In this document: positions 39,058-53,682 of the stretch, piece by piece | Numbering within the stretch: the stretch's first letter is position 1 | Layout of the letters: each line of letters begins with the position of its first letter | From: Paraphysomonas bandaiensis | Taxonomy: Eukaryota; Protista; Chrysophyceae | Assembly: GCA_965644295.1 (NCBI GenBank) | Contig: CBFFRP010000288.1 | Location: 248,001-312,000, forward strand | Reading direction: 5' to 3' | Length of the DNA stretch: 64,000 nucleotides | Translations under genes and position numbers: made by a program | The notes under the pieces: model-generated | Seen by the model: the letters and a program-made list of their open reading frames with translations, nothing else | The model's database searches: none | What the model was told of the DNA's origin: nothing

Positions 39058-42000
39058 CTAAGAGTTAAAATCACCAACACGAATAGGAACATTTTCGTCA
39101 TCCCCTCCACCATCGATTTCACAATACCTTTCGACAGGTACCTTTCTAGACGAGCCCATCATACCAAACGATAGCATTCGTACAATATATCTTCCATCCA
39201 ACTCAGTCTCCGTAACGCTCTCCCGATTTCTGAATTTCACATTTTCAATCGAATCACGCTTCCGCAAAGAAGCAATTTCTTCTGGGTACTTGTAGCCAGC
39301 CGTGGAACTTAAACTCTCTTCTCCAGTAATTGCGGTGAAAGAATTCTCGCCCTCAGGTTTGTCTGTCATTGATGATGACTTGAGATCCACACTAATATCA
39401 TCAATGTGTTGAGATAGATTCATGTTCCTCCAGCTCACGGTGAGAATATCATCATCAGCAATGTTCCCATGATATACATTTCGCACGAACGGTTTTATAC
39501 GAGGAGGGTACTTCTTCTCTTTACTCTCCTCTAATTTTTTCCGTCTCTGGGGTTGAATAATCAAGTACCGGTATACAATGAATATAGCCAAGCAGACATA
39601 TGGTACTGCCAGTGCAACTGGGGAAATATCCATCACATACACATTGGCAATGCAAAAACACGACCACAGTGTTGGAAGAAGTATGTCCAACACACTCTCT
39701 TGAATGGTCTCATGGGTAAGTGAAAGCGCAGTTGGAAGCATAAGCATGGCTGTAGCCGCCCATGACAGCTGTGTTTTCCTACCATGAGCTCGACAAATTG
39801 CCACGTCTGGATCTTCGATGCGCATCAGTAGCTGCGAGCAAGGAAGGCTCCTCACTGAGGAATGTCTCGCAGCCCGACATGCAGCTGACATATGCTGACA
39901 GACATGTATTGCATCAATCGACTCCGGGCTTCGATATTCGATTTTATTGATGACGATATCATTCAAAGTGTTATATATCTTACGGAGCTGTGGACGAACA
40001 GATTCAATAACCACAACATGTATAACAAATATTTGAAGCAACTGGTTCACAAATACATCTTGAATCAGTACAAACAGTATTTGAAAACTCCATGACGTTA
40101 AAGCTACATAGCTGTGTACAACAGCCCATTGGAAAATGAAGTACAATAAAAAGAGCCATATAAGTACTAAAATGATCCACGCAGACATCCATTTCCTCCG
40201 ATCAATGAACTCTGGCTGAGCATTATCGAATTGAAAGAACTGCTTCCGTAGAGCGTATCGTTGGAAAGGCGGCAGTTGCTCCAGAATGAAATGCTGAAGT
40301 AAAGAAATACCTATGCAATCATCATCTCCTCTCTCGAAGCACGCCAACTCATCCAAAATATGACGATACTGACGACGAACTTTGGCTATTTTCCATTCCA
40401 CTCTCTTGCGAGACGACCCAAAAAACAGCCATTGTAAGAAAGTTAAAGACACTGGTGACCCATCAGGATGAACGCCCAGAAGCTCCATTACAGCATCGTT
40501 TCGATCCATACAATGATGTGTAACTCCCTCAAGCTGCCAAGGGTACGGATTGTTCTCCAAAGCACTAGACAAAGTGGTATCAACAGATGATAGAATCATG
40601 TTGACTTCTTCTTCACAAGAAAGGTGTTCGTAGTAAGCATATAAGTCAGCGAGCGCGTCCAGTTTATGCTTATTACCAAACGCATCAGTTCGTTGCTCAA
40701 TCGAGTCGCAAGATGGATCACCAGTAGATTTAATATCAACGTCAGTCATAATGTGATCTTGATCAATATCCGAAAACACAGCACGAGGTTGACAGGCACA
40801 GGCATTCTCCAATAGAGATGCACAAAAAACCTGAGGTACTATAGACAGAAGCGTCACAAGTATGGCAACGAACATGTAGAACTCAATTGTCGTAGGAGGG
40901 GGGCGTATGTTGCACTCCTGGGTAGACGAATCCCATTCGCATCTGCTTTGATCGCTTTGAAACTTGGATGGAATGTCGAGACATTCCTTCTCAGTGACAC
41001 CAGTGGCGCTGTCACAAGCACCACTACTTGGAAAAAGAATCCCATAAAATAAACTGTCTGCAAACAAAAGAATCAAGATATCTGTTACCACCGTTAGAAA
41101 ACGAATCAGGCGAGGTAGCCGACGAGAGGAATAGGTGAAAGGACGAATCCAATCTACAAAATCATCGTCAAACGAGATAATGCTTGACAAACGTACATAC
41201 CATGCTCCCTCAGTACAGCGGCCAAAAAGCGAACCCAACCATTCTTCTCATCTAATAAACTTGTACCAGGTAACGCATTGTCGATGAAGGCAGATATCTT
41301 GCTGCCTATTTCAAATATACTTGGAGTCGATTCAATTGACACCATGGAGTTGTAAGTTGGCAACTGAATGCTTCTCGGACTCCCGCATGATGATCCGGCG
41401 CTTCTAGGTGAAAAGGAAAAGAACTTCGATTCAACGGAAAAAGAGAAGCGGGTTGTCGGAGAGAAGTCATTATTTCTGTCATCATACTGATCGCATTCAC
41501 GATAGTTCGAGCTCTTATGTATAGGACTGTCTGCAATATCAACCGCCTGAAAAAAAGTGTCAACATTCTTTGTTCGTACAGGTACTTTTGAGCCGAAGCG
41601 TGAGCGTCCTGTACGATGTCCAGCTCTAGGTGAGTTCATGTGTCGAAGATCTAAGCTGGCTTTTTCTTTCATAGACAAGAAACGTGGGCTCATGAACGCC
41701 CTCCGCATATCTTCATTGAGAGCAGGCTGGCTTGCAGGTGGCGCTAACTGTATAACTTGTTTGTCATATTCATCCCACATATAAAACCAAACTACTCCAG
41801 CCATAATTAAAATCACAAGAATACCAAGGGATACAACAATGGGAATAGTAGTTTTCCAGTTGAAGGATGTGTTGCTGACTGTATGAACTACTTCAGTCCC
41901 TAAACTTTTCACCAACGCCCCGTACTCCAATACACTATCACTGTCTTCACCACCGTCATCAGCTTCGCCTAGATAATAAAACAACATGAGATGACACGAG

Positions 42001-45000
42001 CGACGATTTGGTAACACTTGTGTTTTACCCGCATAGTCAAAGTCCAACCGGCGGCGGTGATCACGCTGTTTCAAATATTGGTGGTGAGGATGATCTGTAT
42101 CTACGTAGTCAGTCATTGAAAGTCTTCTTGACGAGTCAACACTGGGGCACAAGTCTAAGACATTGCTGCACCGGTAGTGTACTTCCTTTGCTGAGTATGT
42201 CAACACAGTACAGGGACATGGGGTGTCCACTCCTCCATTCACTAGAGAGCATCCTGGTGACAAATGAGTCCAGTTTTGTGGCTCTGCAAGCTGAAGCACC
42301 ATGTCATAATAAACCGCACCATATGTATCAGTGTCATCGGATTGGCGTAAATCAGGCCCGAAGGATGAAAAGCGAAGGACCCGAGATACCAATCGCCTAC
42401 TTGAATTCATTGTATGCGGATTAGCGGCCCACTCCATCATTGATATTCTTATATAGTCTCTTCCCTCTAACTGGGATGATTCCCCACAAGCATTTAACCC
42501 TTCTGTTGGAAGAATGATGTAAGATCCTGACTGCGATGATGTAGAAGGTGGGGAAATTACAGCATTTTGCATACTTTCAAAGGGTTCATGTCTAACAGCC
42601 AGTCGAATATTGTCCGTCACGATTTCATGTGCTTTCTCACCACCGACCATATCACTACCAATGCTGCGAATTAAACTGGACACAGAGTCACTTAACTGAA
42701 TACTAGCAAACGCTGAATACTCCTTGTCCACTGAACTCAAGGAATATTTATCGTATGATATAGCAGCGCTAAGAGATGAAATCACAGTTGCCAGTGAACT
42801 ATGAGGAGCATTAATACTGTTAAAGTTGTCATTCGTCAGGTATCCAGCATCACTGTAATTGCTCAGCGACTGTAATACTGACATACAAGCAACAAAACTG
42901 TCAGTATTTAATTCTCTCGAATTAATCACAGCGGCTAAAGATGACGCCAATACATCTATCAACTCATTGGACGGGTCTTCATTGCTGACAACAAACCTCA
43001 TCGCCTCACACAAAGCGCCACGAGAAACAGTACGGTTGTAATATTCTTCAGCCGTCATACTACAAGAAGATCCATAGTAACCGGTTGAACACAAGCACGA
43101 AGCCTCGCAAAAATCATCACCACGCAAACATGACGTTACAACTGAAAGAGTAATCTTGTTTGCAAATATACACTCTCCATGCCCAGAACAGGTGCTCCCA
43201 ACAACAAGAGATGGACATTCTTTGCTGGGGTCCGCACAAGTACCAGATATACATACCTGAGGAGCACAATCAGAATCGCCACTACATGATGCTACGTGGC
43301 TTCGAATAGACGTGTCAACAAAGCACTCAACATTCGAATTCCCATTCACACCAATGTAACCTTCAATGCAGCTTCCACAGGTATGAGGTGTAGCGAAACA
43401 AGGGTGCCTATGTCGATTCGTACAATTTGGAGCATGTGAACACTCAGAAGTGGAGTAATAGGTCGCAATATTGTTTATCGTCTGCAAAATAGAATCTGTG
43501 CTTGAGACTGACTTGCCCGCAGCAAGATTACTGGATACTACATCCAGTAGTACATCAGATTCCTCAACCAATGCAGTAGTTAGTGACTCCGCTACTGCAC
43601 CATAAACGTCCGATACTAAGCTTTTGCAATAGACAGTATAGTTGTAGTCTTTAGTTCCCGCAGGCAGGGTGGATGAAACAACTGATGATTGACCTGACTG
43701 GGAAATGTATAACACCGGCAGAGACGAATCAAATCGACCAAACGGACCCAATGAATACTGAAAAGCATATGAAAGTGGAAAATCCACGCTATCATCCTCC
43801 CAGTACTGTGAGCTGAGAGCGAATACAGTCTTCATAGCATATCCAGCCTTGGGTACAACATCTAGAGCTCCAGATGTAGGTGGCCCGTTTGCAGTGATTG
43901 TAACTTCTGCGTAAGACGACCACAGCGTAGTACCCGCTGACAATCTGAACACATAGCTCCTACCAGGCGCAAGGGAGTCAGGAATCACACTGAGAGGAAA
44001 TGATACACTTCTGTTTCTTCGTGATATTATCTGAGAAAGAGGTGTGGTCACAATATCAGACAAAGATATTTCATTTGCCGAGCTGTCAAATATACTCCAA
44101 GTCGCCGTCGTTTCATTTAAACTTGCCTGACTTAAAATCACAGACCCCGAAAGTTTTAAGTATTTACTAGTTATAAATTTCTTCATGGAAGAAGTAATGT
44201 ATACTAGAGGGGAGAATGGTAGATCATTTTCATTGGAAACACTAGAGAGAGAAATAGTTACACTATCAGAAATAACACCAATCGTCGACCACAACGAAGT
44301 TGCTGTGAAAGTATACTCCACGTCAGGCTGCATGGCTACAGTCAAAACAATAACACTGGCATCAGACGACACATACGTATTGTTATCATAACCCTCTATT
44401 AAATAGCTGCAATCAGAATCAAAGTATTCAAGAGTAGTATTCGATACCCTGGTAATTTTACATGACCATAATAAAGCCACAGTGGTTCCAGGCAACATAT
44501 CTTCGTATGTACTCAAAGATGCATCTAGAACTTGCACTGGTCCTTGAGGAACATGCCGTCGTTTCGCTCCACGAATGCTCACATACACTGAGCCAGTATC
44601 GACACCAACGCGGATTACAGACGATTGCGTCACACTACCCAATGTGACATACGCATAAAAGTAATACTCAGCGCCAGACTCCAGCGTATACGGATCCAAC
44701 CTCATTTTCTTTGGATTAACACTCCTTGAAACTATATGAGGTTGGCGAATACTCCCCTTGTATACCTTCCACTGGTATGTCACTTGTAGCATCTCACTAT
44801 TCAAACATTCGGGGACAGTCCAAGACATAGTTGCTTGGAATGGATCATACCGACTTATAAACCGAGAAGAAGGTCCTTCCACAACAAGGGCAGGAGCTGT
44901 ATTATGCTCGTTGAACTCCACGGTAGTCTGCACAGACGCGTATCCAACTCCCCCAATGAAATTTGTTAGCCTTAACCCAAATGTGTACACACCAGTCGTG

Positions 45001-48000
45001 AATAAGGAGTAGGGAACAGATATTGGGACTTGAACGGATGAAAAAGAATTAAGAAACGCTGATATAGATTCCACAGTAGTATTTCCGGATAATACAGACC
45101 ATTCAACTCTAAACCAGTCTCTTACCCCGGCACCAACAGACGAGGATGCGTCGAGAACTAAATCCGACTTACATGCACCAGCGGCATTGACGGTCACAGA
45201 TAACTTTACAACAGGTTGAACAGGACTAGAGGGTAGGACTGTGACTATGGCGTGACTCGGAGAATACAAAGACTCACTACATGACCGAGTGCATGCTGCC
45301 CTCACTGTGTCATTCAAAAGGAGAATAGAGTCGCCTGGAAAGATTAACGATATATCAGATCGAGTAGTTCTTTCGCATACACCTCTTTCGCAAAATCCAA
45401 CTTTCAAACATCGGGAATTTAGCCACGTACACGTGCTATACTTTGCTCCACTGAAAGTGAACAACCGGCTGCATGCCCAACTTCCTGTGGATGTATTCTG
45501 TAATATATCATATGCTAAATCTGTATCCGCGTCAAAACAAACAGCTACTGAACTACCACTGGAATCAAAAGTCGCACTCAATAGTAATGGAGGCGACACT
45601 ACACTACTCCCAACTATTTCGAATTCAGCAGCAGATGTATTTATGAAAACTTCGCTCCCTGGACCACTAACAAATAGATATATAACGTATGCACCAACGA
45701 CAGACGGAACGAATGCAAACGACCGCGAAAGTCCACGAGCCCTGTTGTCGAATTCGTAGAAATGAAACCGCGGAAATACCTCAATCCCATTAACGGTTGT
45801 CCCATCTACAGCGGAAGTAAACTCAGGAGTAATAGAAATGTTATAATCATTAAGTCCAGCTAGGGATGAAATCGTGAAGGAAAAGAGTGATACATCTGAT
45901 TCCGTTGAAACCAATTCAGTTGCCGGTGGTACTAGAATGATATCTCGACAACAGGTGGTGGTGAATAAAGTCCGGGTTTGCAACATTCTCTCTCTATTAT
46001 CAGTATTTCCAAGTGAATCTTCAGAGTAGCAAAACAACTGATATTCTAACTTCGGGATTAATTCATTAATAGTAATAGAAATATTGCTATCGAAAGGAGA
46101 CGATGGGACCAAAGTGCTCTTGCCATGCCTCTTAATGTGAGAACGTAACACAGTGGCAACATCAACGGTTGCAGGATAAGCATTGCAATATATGGTCCCG
46201 CCAGACACAGTTGTAGAAACATTTATGCTGAGTAATAAGCTATACTTGGATACATCGTTCAGGAATATCTCATTTATTGTCGGTACCGACGGCATCACAT
46301 ATTCTACTGACTTTAATACAATTACAACAGCGTATTTTGTAATGTGATGATGATTTCCAGTCTGAGAGCAAGATGATGGAGATGGAAGAACAACTACACC
46401 TTCCTCAGGCAGGGTACACGAGCTGAAATTGCCATAACATCCCATGCACAGGGAACCGAAATTACTTGAAGCCATAGTCGTTTCGTCGCATTCTACATTA
46501 CTCTCTGGAGCGCAATTCTCTCCATCCTCACACAGTAATGATTGCAATAACGTGTCTGTCACTTCTCCACACACTCTTAGAGAGTCCATTGGTTGTGATG
46601 CACCGTACTGCAGCCATGATACCCACATGTCAAGTTGATAATATGTGACTTTAATGGGGCTGTCTAGATACAATCCGACAAACTCCGTCCACTTACTATT
46701 AACTACACTTAAGTCATCATATGAATTTACATAATATGAAAACATGAGTTCTCCTTCAATTGGGGATATTGCAATCAAATCAGCACTATCAAAAGAATTG
46801 TAGTACGACAGTACGTCTTCTCGACTAGGTAGAGAAGTTGGATTCGGAGTAGGAGTATAACTTGGTGTAGAGGTGGATGGAATGGATGTTGGGAATTCGC
46901 TTGGCCGACTAGAAGGAAATTCAGAAGGGTTCATAGAAGGCGTCCGCGATGGAGCTGCACTCGGCAGACCGCTAGGAGAACTCGTCGGACCTTCAGTAGG
47001 TGCTGCTGTTGGTGCACCGGTGGGAAGGCAGGATGGTATGTTCGTCGGGATGGTCGAAGGAATAAAAGACGGAGAGCTGGAAAGCATAGAAGTCATTTCA
47101 ATGCCACACTCTACAGTGGACAGTAGGCTTTCATCTTTCCCTACATAAATCTCTCCTAAAATCAAAATAAATCCAGTTTCAACATTGAGGTGGGCTGTCT
47201 CTTCATCTTCACATTGATCCTCTTGCACTAAGAGCATGGAACCAGTGCGTTGGTGACCGAATGAACGTACACTCAATGAATCGGATATTCCAGCAGCACT
47301 ACCAACCATTCCAAACAAACCAGGAGTGTAACCGTAATTATATTCATATGGAAAGCTATACGCGGAGCTGTTGAGTTGCACACCATAGGCAGAAAGTACA
47401 AGCCCTTCAGAGCATGCGATATCAGATCCTATTTCGAGAGTCATAAAGCCAAGTGTTTCTGGTTCCTGCAGTATAGCATAACTTTCGTTACTAGAATCAT
47501 GAGACTGCAAAAAGAATCTTGCAAAAAAGAGACGGGCTGTAATAACACGCGGTATTAGTATGCGGTCATGCACTAACGTTTGAAGTTGGGCAATGATTCC
47601 AACCTCAGTGTTGTCGCTATATCGACAGGTCTCAGTCGGGCTGATACACCCTTTGGGATATAAAACTTTAACAATACTGTCAATGGGTTTGCTCGCAACA
47701 CGAGAAATATTCGCAGTGTCGGTAAAATAGGAGTATCCAGATATATTACGGATCCCTTTCTCCACTACAATCCACCTTATATCTATCGGGGTAGGTAGTG
47801 GCTCTGGAACAGTCCATTCCTTGGAACAATAGCTATCATTCGGCTGATATAATCGAAATTCGAATTCAACACGATCCGATGATATCAAGTTTCGTATTCG
47901 GGGAATAAACGTTTGTTCACGGTCAATATCTGGCTTGCTTATGAGGACCACACCATTGCGAAAGCTAGATGATGTAGTTGTAACAGTAGTCCAAGAAGTA

Positions 48001-48110
48001 TCTATCGCAGTAGTTTGACCATATTCTAACCATATATCATTCTGTTGGGCATCATATCCTTCTGGGAGATATATGAGTATCACATATACGATAATTAGTA
48101 ATAGCATCAT
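39058..48110 (-). CDS. Second giant polycystin-1-like receptor: signal peptide, bacterial-type beta-rich N-terminal domain, short P/S/T stalk, REJ, EGF-like, GPS-like Cys motif, multi-TM
   Basis: MMLLLIIVYVILIYLPEG signal. LDASSSVGAGVR, ANGPPTSGALDVVPKAG..WEDDSVDFPLSYAF, CSGHGEC..CSTGYYGSSC, PCPCTVL..HYRC. Introns at 41969-42028 (in frame) and 41154-41200. The TM region is homologous to the first receptor (R..R.L.....ILI.LF...L.Y....P..G.C..C.W). Confidence 0.82.
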
Positions 48111-49815
48111 TAATGATTAAACATACGTCATAATTGTTCACACATATATTCATATCAATTACTCAATCAGCATTATGATGATAATAACAAACAATGACTA
48201 TTGTCAATATCTGAGCCTACAACTACCAGCATATAGCAGGATGTTAATGTATGGGCTGATATATGACAGATCTCAGTGCTGGCTGTCTATATACAGTCTC
48301 TTAACAAGCAATTACACACGATTCAATAGAAAGTGTATTGATCTTATTGGTTAATAAAAAAATGATTCACCGCACTTCGAACTTTATTGAGACCAAGTAC
48401 GTTTGTACTGTTGTACATGATACATAATGTACAGTAGTACGCATCTCTTCCCTCAAAAGGGGAAAGAAAATTGCACACCACTTCTTACGTTTTTTCTCAT
48501 ATTATACTGATATTTTTCAATGATCCTTCAAAAAGCTCTTTTTTCAGGCTACAAACTGTTGTTTTTTGGTTTTGAGCCTTTTATACTTCCTAAAAGTCAA
48601 GTGTTTTTAGTGAGGGAATGAACTGTCCACATAGAGTACATCCATCATGTTTGACACATCAGATATCTTGTGCAACGATCTTATCCAACACAGCCTTAAC
48701 CATGAAGGTATATGAACACTGGGTGTACAAGTGTGACGAGGAATGGGTACTATATGCCTCTTGTGCTTGCTATAAATAGAACAGTGATTTGCAGAAACCA
48801 GTTGATGCATTCAACAGATTTAAACCACGTATTAAACTGTATCCGATAATTCAAATAAAATGCAAGTATATTAGAGCACGAGACAGATTGTTATTAAGTA
48901 ATTAGACTGAAACGACTAAGTGAAAGTCAGAATGCCACTAAAGGATAATTGAGTTGCATTCTTTCATCGCCATATTTTGTAGCAATCTGTCATTCAAATA
49001 AAGACCTACGAAGGTTCCACCATTGGTAACATACACAACGAATTGGAGTTTGCATGGGAAAGAGAAAATTGCATGACTTCAGATGATAGACTGCACTGAA
49101 CACTTGAATGCACACTAGAACCCGCTGCAAGAGAGTATGATAACTATGTCCCGCCATCAGCAGAGGATTTGGCGGCGAAAGTGTAATGTGAATATTGGAA
49201 ACAAAGGCTTTGATTATGAGCTTACTAATATAACTGCAACTGAATATGTTTGAGGAGATCTCTCCAGACACACGACAACTGTATCGTGCGTCTCTTCCCC
49301 GTATGGATAAATAAGTCGAAATGTATATTGCTTACTCTCGCGGATAAGATGCTCCATCGTGGATACGATCTTCGTTTGATAGCCTCAAAAGGTGGAAAAG
49401 GGTTATGTAGAGTCTAGAGGGTCTGTTATGCTCTAGAACTAGAAACGAGGGAATAGGTATCTTATACAGGTGATTACAGGAAGCTGCTAACCACGAATAT
49501 GAATTAGAAGTTAGAATTATATTAGCACTTTGTCGTGCCCACTATGTTTACTACGGTACCATAACTGCTCATATTTCTCTTGATTATGCCACAGACAGAA
49601 ACGTGTGCAATAACTTTTATCATAACTGTGAATCCAGTAAATACAGAATATAAATGGAATAATTTCTTAATAAGGAGAAGTAGTCAATAACGTGATGCCG
49701 CCAACATACATAGTAGCGTTCTTGCATACTGCCTTTTCTTTACTCATCTAGTTGTATGCAAAAAAGAATTACTAAATTCATACATTATTATAGCAATCTG
49801 GGAAGAGATGACTTT

Positions 49816-51346
49816 CTACTCCCATCCATTGAATCGCGGCTTAGATTTAGTTTTAATCGCTTCCAAGCCAGCAAGGAAATCCTAAAACGCGTATACACCG
49901 TATTAGTGCGTACATTTACAAGCATTATCGGATGCTCTTACCTTCGACCCATATGCTTCAGCCTGAGAGTTCGCCTCTCTCAATAAGCCCTCATCTAAAT
50001 TGGCGAACTGGAAAATACGTCAAGAAAGTTGAGTGAATGCCACTGATAAGTAATGGGCATAGCAAAGTGAAATATTATATAACTCCAAAACTAAATAATA
50101 AATATCTACTTGTACAGCACTAAACAGTACGCAACATTTGTTCGAACCTTAGTAATACGCAGAGTTTGAGCACATGTTTGCACAGCGATGGGGGCATTCT
50201 CTCCAAGTTCATGTGCAAGTTGCAATGCCCTCGGCACTACGTTGTCCTAGTGCATTGTGAGTATATATCCATACTATTTGTATCTGCGGTGATATCTATA
50301 TATCTTGTACCTTCGGTACTGCTTCTAGAACAAGACCATCCGCTTTAGCTACATTGCCTGTAACAGTGGATCCTGCAAAAAATGCCATGGTTATATAACG
50401 CCATTGTCAAACGTAACAAATTCATAAGCGCGACGACGACAGGCCAATACCAAGATGTTTTGTACATGAAACATAATGGAAAAATACCTAGCAAAAGATA
50501 TTCCGCAGCTTTCTGAGGTGCAATGAGACGAGGTAAGAGCAGCGAAGCACCCATTCCTGATCAATATGAGCTATCAGTCGTCCAACGCGTTCAGTACAAT
50601 ATATTTATGCTTACATTGTACACGTCAAGTCAAAAATACGACACTCACAGTACCTGGATGAATTCCAAGTTTTACGAATGTGAAGCCAATACGAGCGTTT
50701 TCTGCGGCGATTCGAAAGTCGCATGCAAGAGTCATACACATTCCCGCTCCTACCGATGAAGAGATGAACAACAGCACTGCAAAGTAGTATCTAGATACCA
50801 ATAGCATGGCCATTAATCGCTGCAATAGTCGGGACTCTAAGGGTGCGAATATGTAGAAAAAGGTTGTAAAATTGAAGCATTGTAACACGGTTCGCGTAAG
50901 GGCTGCTGTCATGTCGTGCACGCAACCATTCTACAATTGAATTCAGAATAAAGCAGGAGTACCAAACATTAGTTTTGTCACCTAAATCGCCACCGGCACT
51001 AAAAGCTTCACCATCTCCTGTCACAATGCATGATCGAATTTTTTGGGAAGCAGCAGCCTGCAAGTATAGTGTCACTTTACGTAGTTTAGACAGTGAAGTG
51101 CAACTTTATGAACATTCACAAAAAAACGTATGACACTCATTATAAATACCATACATCATTCATTTTGTCCACAGCTTTCACAAATTCATGACCCATTGAT
51201 GCTGTCAGTGCATTCAATCTTTGGGCATCACATAACGTGATGATACCCACATCGCCATGGATTTCAGTCTTCACAAGAGATGATGCAAACCTCTTGCTTC
51301 TAAAGGATCGGATTAAAGGTAACCACGTAGTTGTACGCTTAAACAT
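49816..51346 (-). CDS. Enoyl-CoA hydratase/isomerase (crotonase family), likely mitochondrial; about 9 exons
   Basis: Arg-rich transit-like N-terminus. IITLCDAQRLNAL, IVTGDGEAFSAGGDL, PTIAAINGHAIG|AGMCMTLACDFRIA, FVKLGIHPG|MGASLLLPRLI, ENAPIAVQ, and C-terminus DFLAGLEAIKTKSKPRFNGWE*. Confidence 0.92.
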
Positions 51347-53495
51347 CTTTCTCGTTGTCTATTTATAACTTGGAGACCTATTGATTAAATGCAATTCATG
51401 ATCGATATTGCACCTTCCTCATATAACTGTATTGTGCTTATGCAATTCCAAGCTATATATCCAGATATCTAGGAATTCCTACAGTACACTTTATATGTCT
51501 ATGGGAAAATCCCGAAAATTATATAGTATTGGATATTTTCTAAATAAAAAAGTGGGCTTTTCCTAAGAAAATAATACATATACATAAAAACTCCGTCTCT
51601 CTCCTTAAAACAGCAGAGCAGATACATGTACACTGTATGCATTGTCTTAAGTAGCTATATAAGTATATATGATATGAATAAGTAGCCTTATAAAAGCCTA
51701 TACAGTTTGTTCATAGTCAGACTCTCTCATATAGTAGTTCAATCTAGTGTATATATATATACAGCAGGATGTATCTACTCTCTGGTCGTCTTTTAAGTGA
51801 AGAGAATTAAAGTTTATTATTGATTAAAACTCTTCAATGTTTGTTATTTCTTTTTGTAAAATTGTCCATGCTGGCTATCAAAGTCTCGAGTGGGTAGCTC
51901 ATATATATGTATTGCTATAGTCTTACAGCGATATGAATAGTTCTAGAAGTGTGCTATCCTTCCTATTTGTTTCGTATAAAATATCTCGAAAATTAACGTT
52001 ACTTTGAGTTGTGTTGCCTGTGTACTAGGGACTACAAGTAGATCACACTTTCAAATAATATGAGTATGTGTGGTATGTACTTGCATGTACCGGACTGGAC
52101 TTTTAACAATCATGAATATGGGAAGCTTGATCATGGATAGAGACACTACTTTATGGGGAGTTATAAATACATCGCAACATCAATAGAAGCCGACTCCATA
52201 AATCCTTCACACGGTTTAAATATACAGCAATATATCATATATCACCTTAGAAGCCGCCTTAAACGTAAGGTTTAACCGCGACATCATACATAACCCAAGC
52301 AATAAGAATATAATGAAGAAAATTGTAAGCCATTTCATCAGAAAATCTTAAGTAATAAATCTTAACAAGCATCCAAATTTACCTAACTGCCTATAATAAC
52401 TACACCCCATTAGTTATTACTCGTCAAATGCATGTATCAGGTTAAATGTTCAAACTTACTGTAGGACGATTAACATGTGTTTAAATGTACTCATTCTAAA
52501 ACTATACAATTCACCGGGTTGCTAGAAAAATCTTCTTTGACGAGATCTACCAGAAATTCAGAGATATGCAGAAGCAGTTCTAAATCATTCGTAATAATAA
52601 ACAATCATTTTTCAACATCGAAGGTTGGAATAATTTAATTGGTGCGTATAGATTGGAAGGCCTATACCACTTATAGACTGTGAAAGTCACATGTTAAATC
52701 TGGCGGTTTATTTAAATAGGTATTCAAGCCTGGTTGATAAGTTAACTAGTTGCTAACTCTAAATTACGCTAGTGAGCTCCGTCATTACGATATTTTATGT
52801 AAATAAAGCTTGTAAGGATCATTTCAGTTCTCTTAATATTGTGTGTCAATACAACAACAGAAGAAAGGTAATCACCAGCTCTATCTCAACGTCATTCGTA
52901 ACTCATCACAATACAAATAAGAAAGTCTGATTATTACATGAGAACGGTTGTGTACAGAAACTAGTTTTACATCTATAGACTATAGACTGACTAAAAACTG
53001 GACATGCTACTTGTGGCGGACAACCGTCTCGGGACTGCTTGTGCATAGCTGCGAGTACCATGGTGCAACCGTCGTTTTCGAGTGGCCATATGGGCGACAA
53101 TGCTGCTGTTATTCATAAAACGCTGCTTTCAAAAAGGCAGTTGTGGTAGCAAAGCCTCATTTACCAGTAGGAAAAGATTCAAACTATGAGGAGGAATATG
53201 ATATTGACAGTGAGAATCCCAACGCAGTGAAGCGTTTCATTAAGAAAAACAGGCACCTGAGAAGCAAGCACGCCGTAATAAGCAAACTCCACACCACAGC
53301 CTAAAGAAATTGCATGTCACAATCAATAAGGGTAAAATACTAATTTGTAGCGATCAGATTATTATGACCAATTTGTGCAAGTATATCTAACATTTAGTTA
53401 TTTTTTTAGACATAATTTGTCGACTCTGGAATGAAAGTAGAGTTGTTGGCAAACACTTCTTTGACAGCTAAATATATTGTATATATAGCTACCAT

Positions 53496-53682
53496 GCGTG
53501 GGCGATAGTATATTTGACAACATTTTGCTTCTGGCGATGGATTACCAAGAGGCATACGAGAGATGAAAGATCTTCATCGAGAGATGCATACAACACAGCG
53601 TTATTCTCAAGTTTGCGAAGAACTGGCTAGGTTTTGGAGAAGTCAAGTTCTTTGGCTACAGATTCAAGCACCAGAGCTTTAA
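53496..53682 (+). mobile_element. Degenerate reverse-transcriptase fragment of an LTR (Ty3/Gypsy-like) retrotransposon
   Basis: AWAIV(frameshift)IFDNILLLAMDYQEAYER*KIFIERCIQHSVILKFAKNWLGFGEVKFFGYRFK matches the RT pattern xxDDILI..L..K......V.FLGY. It carries one frameshift and one stop. Confidence 0.7.
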
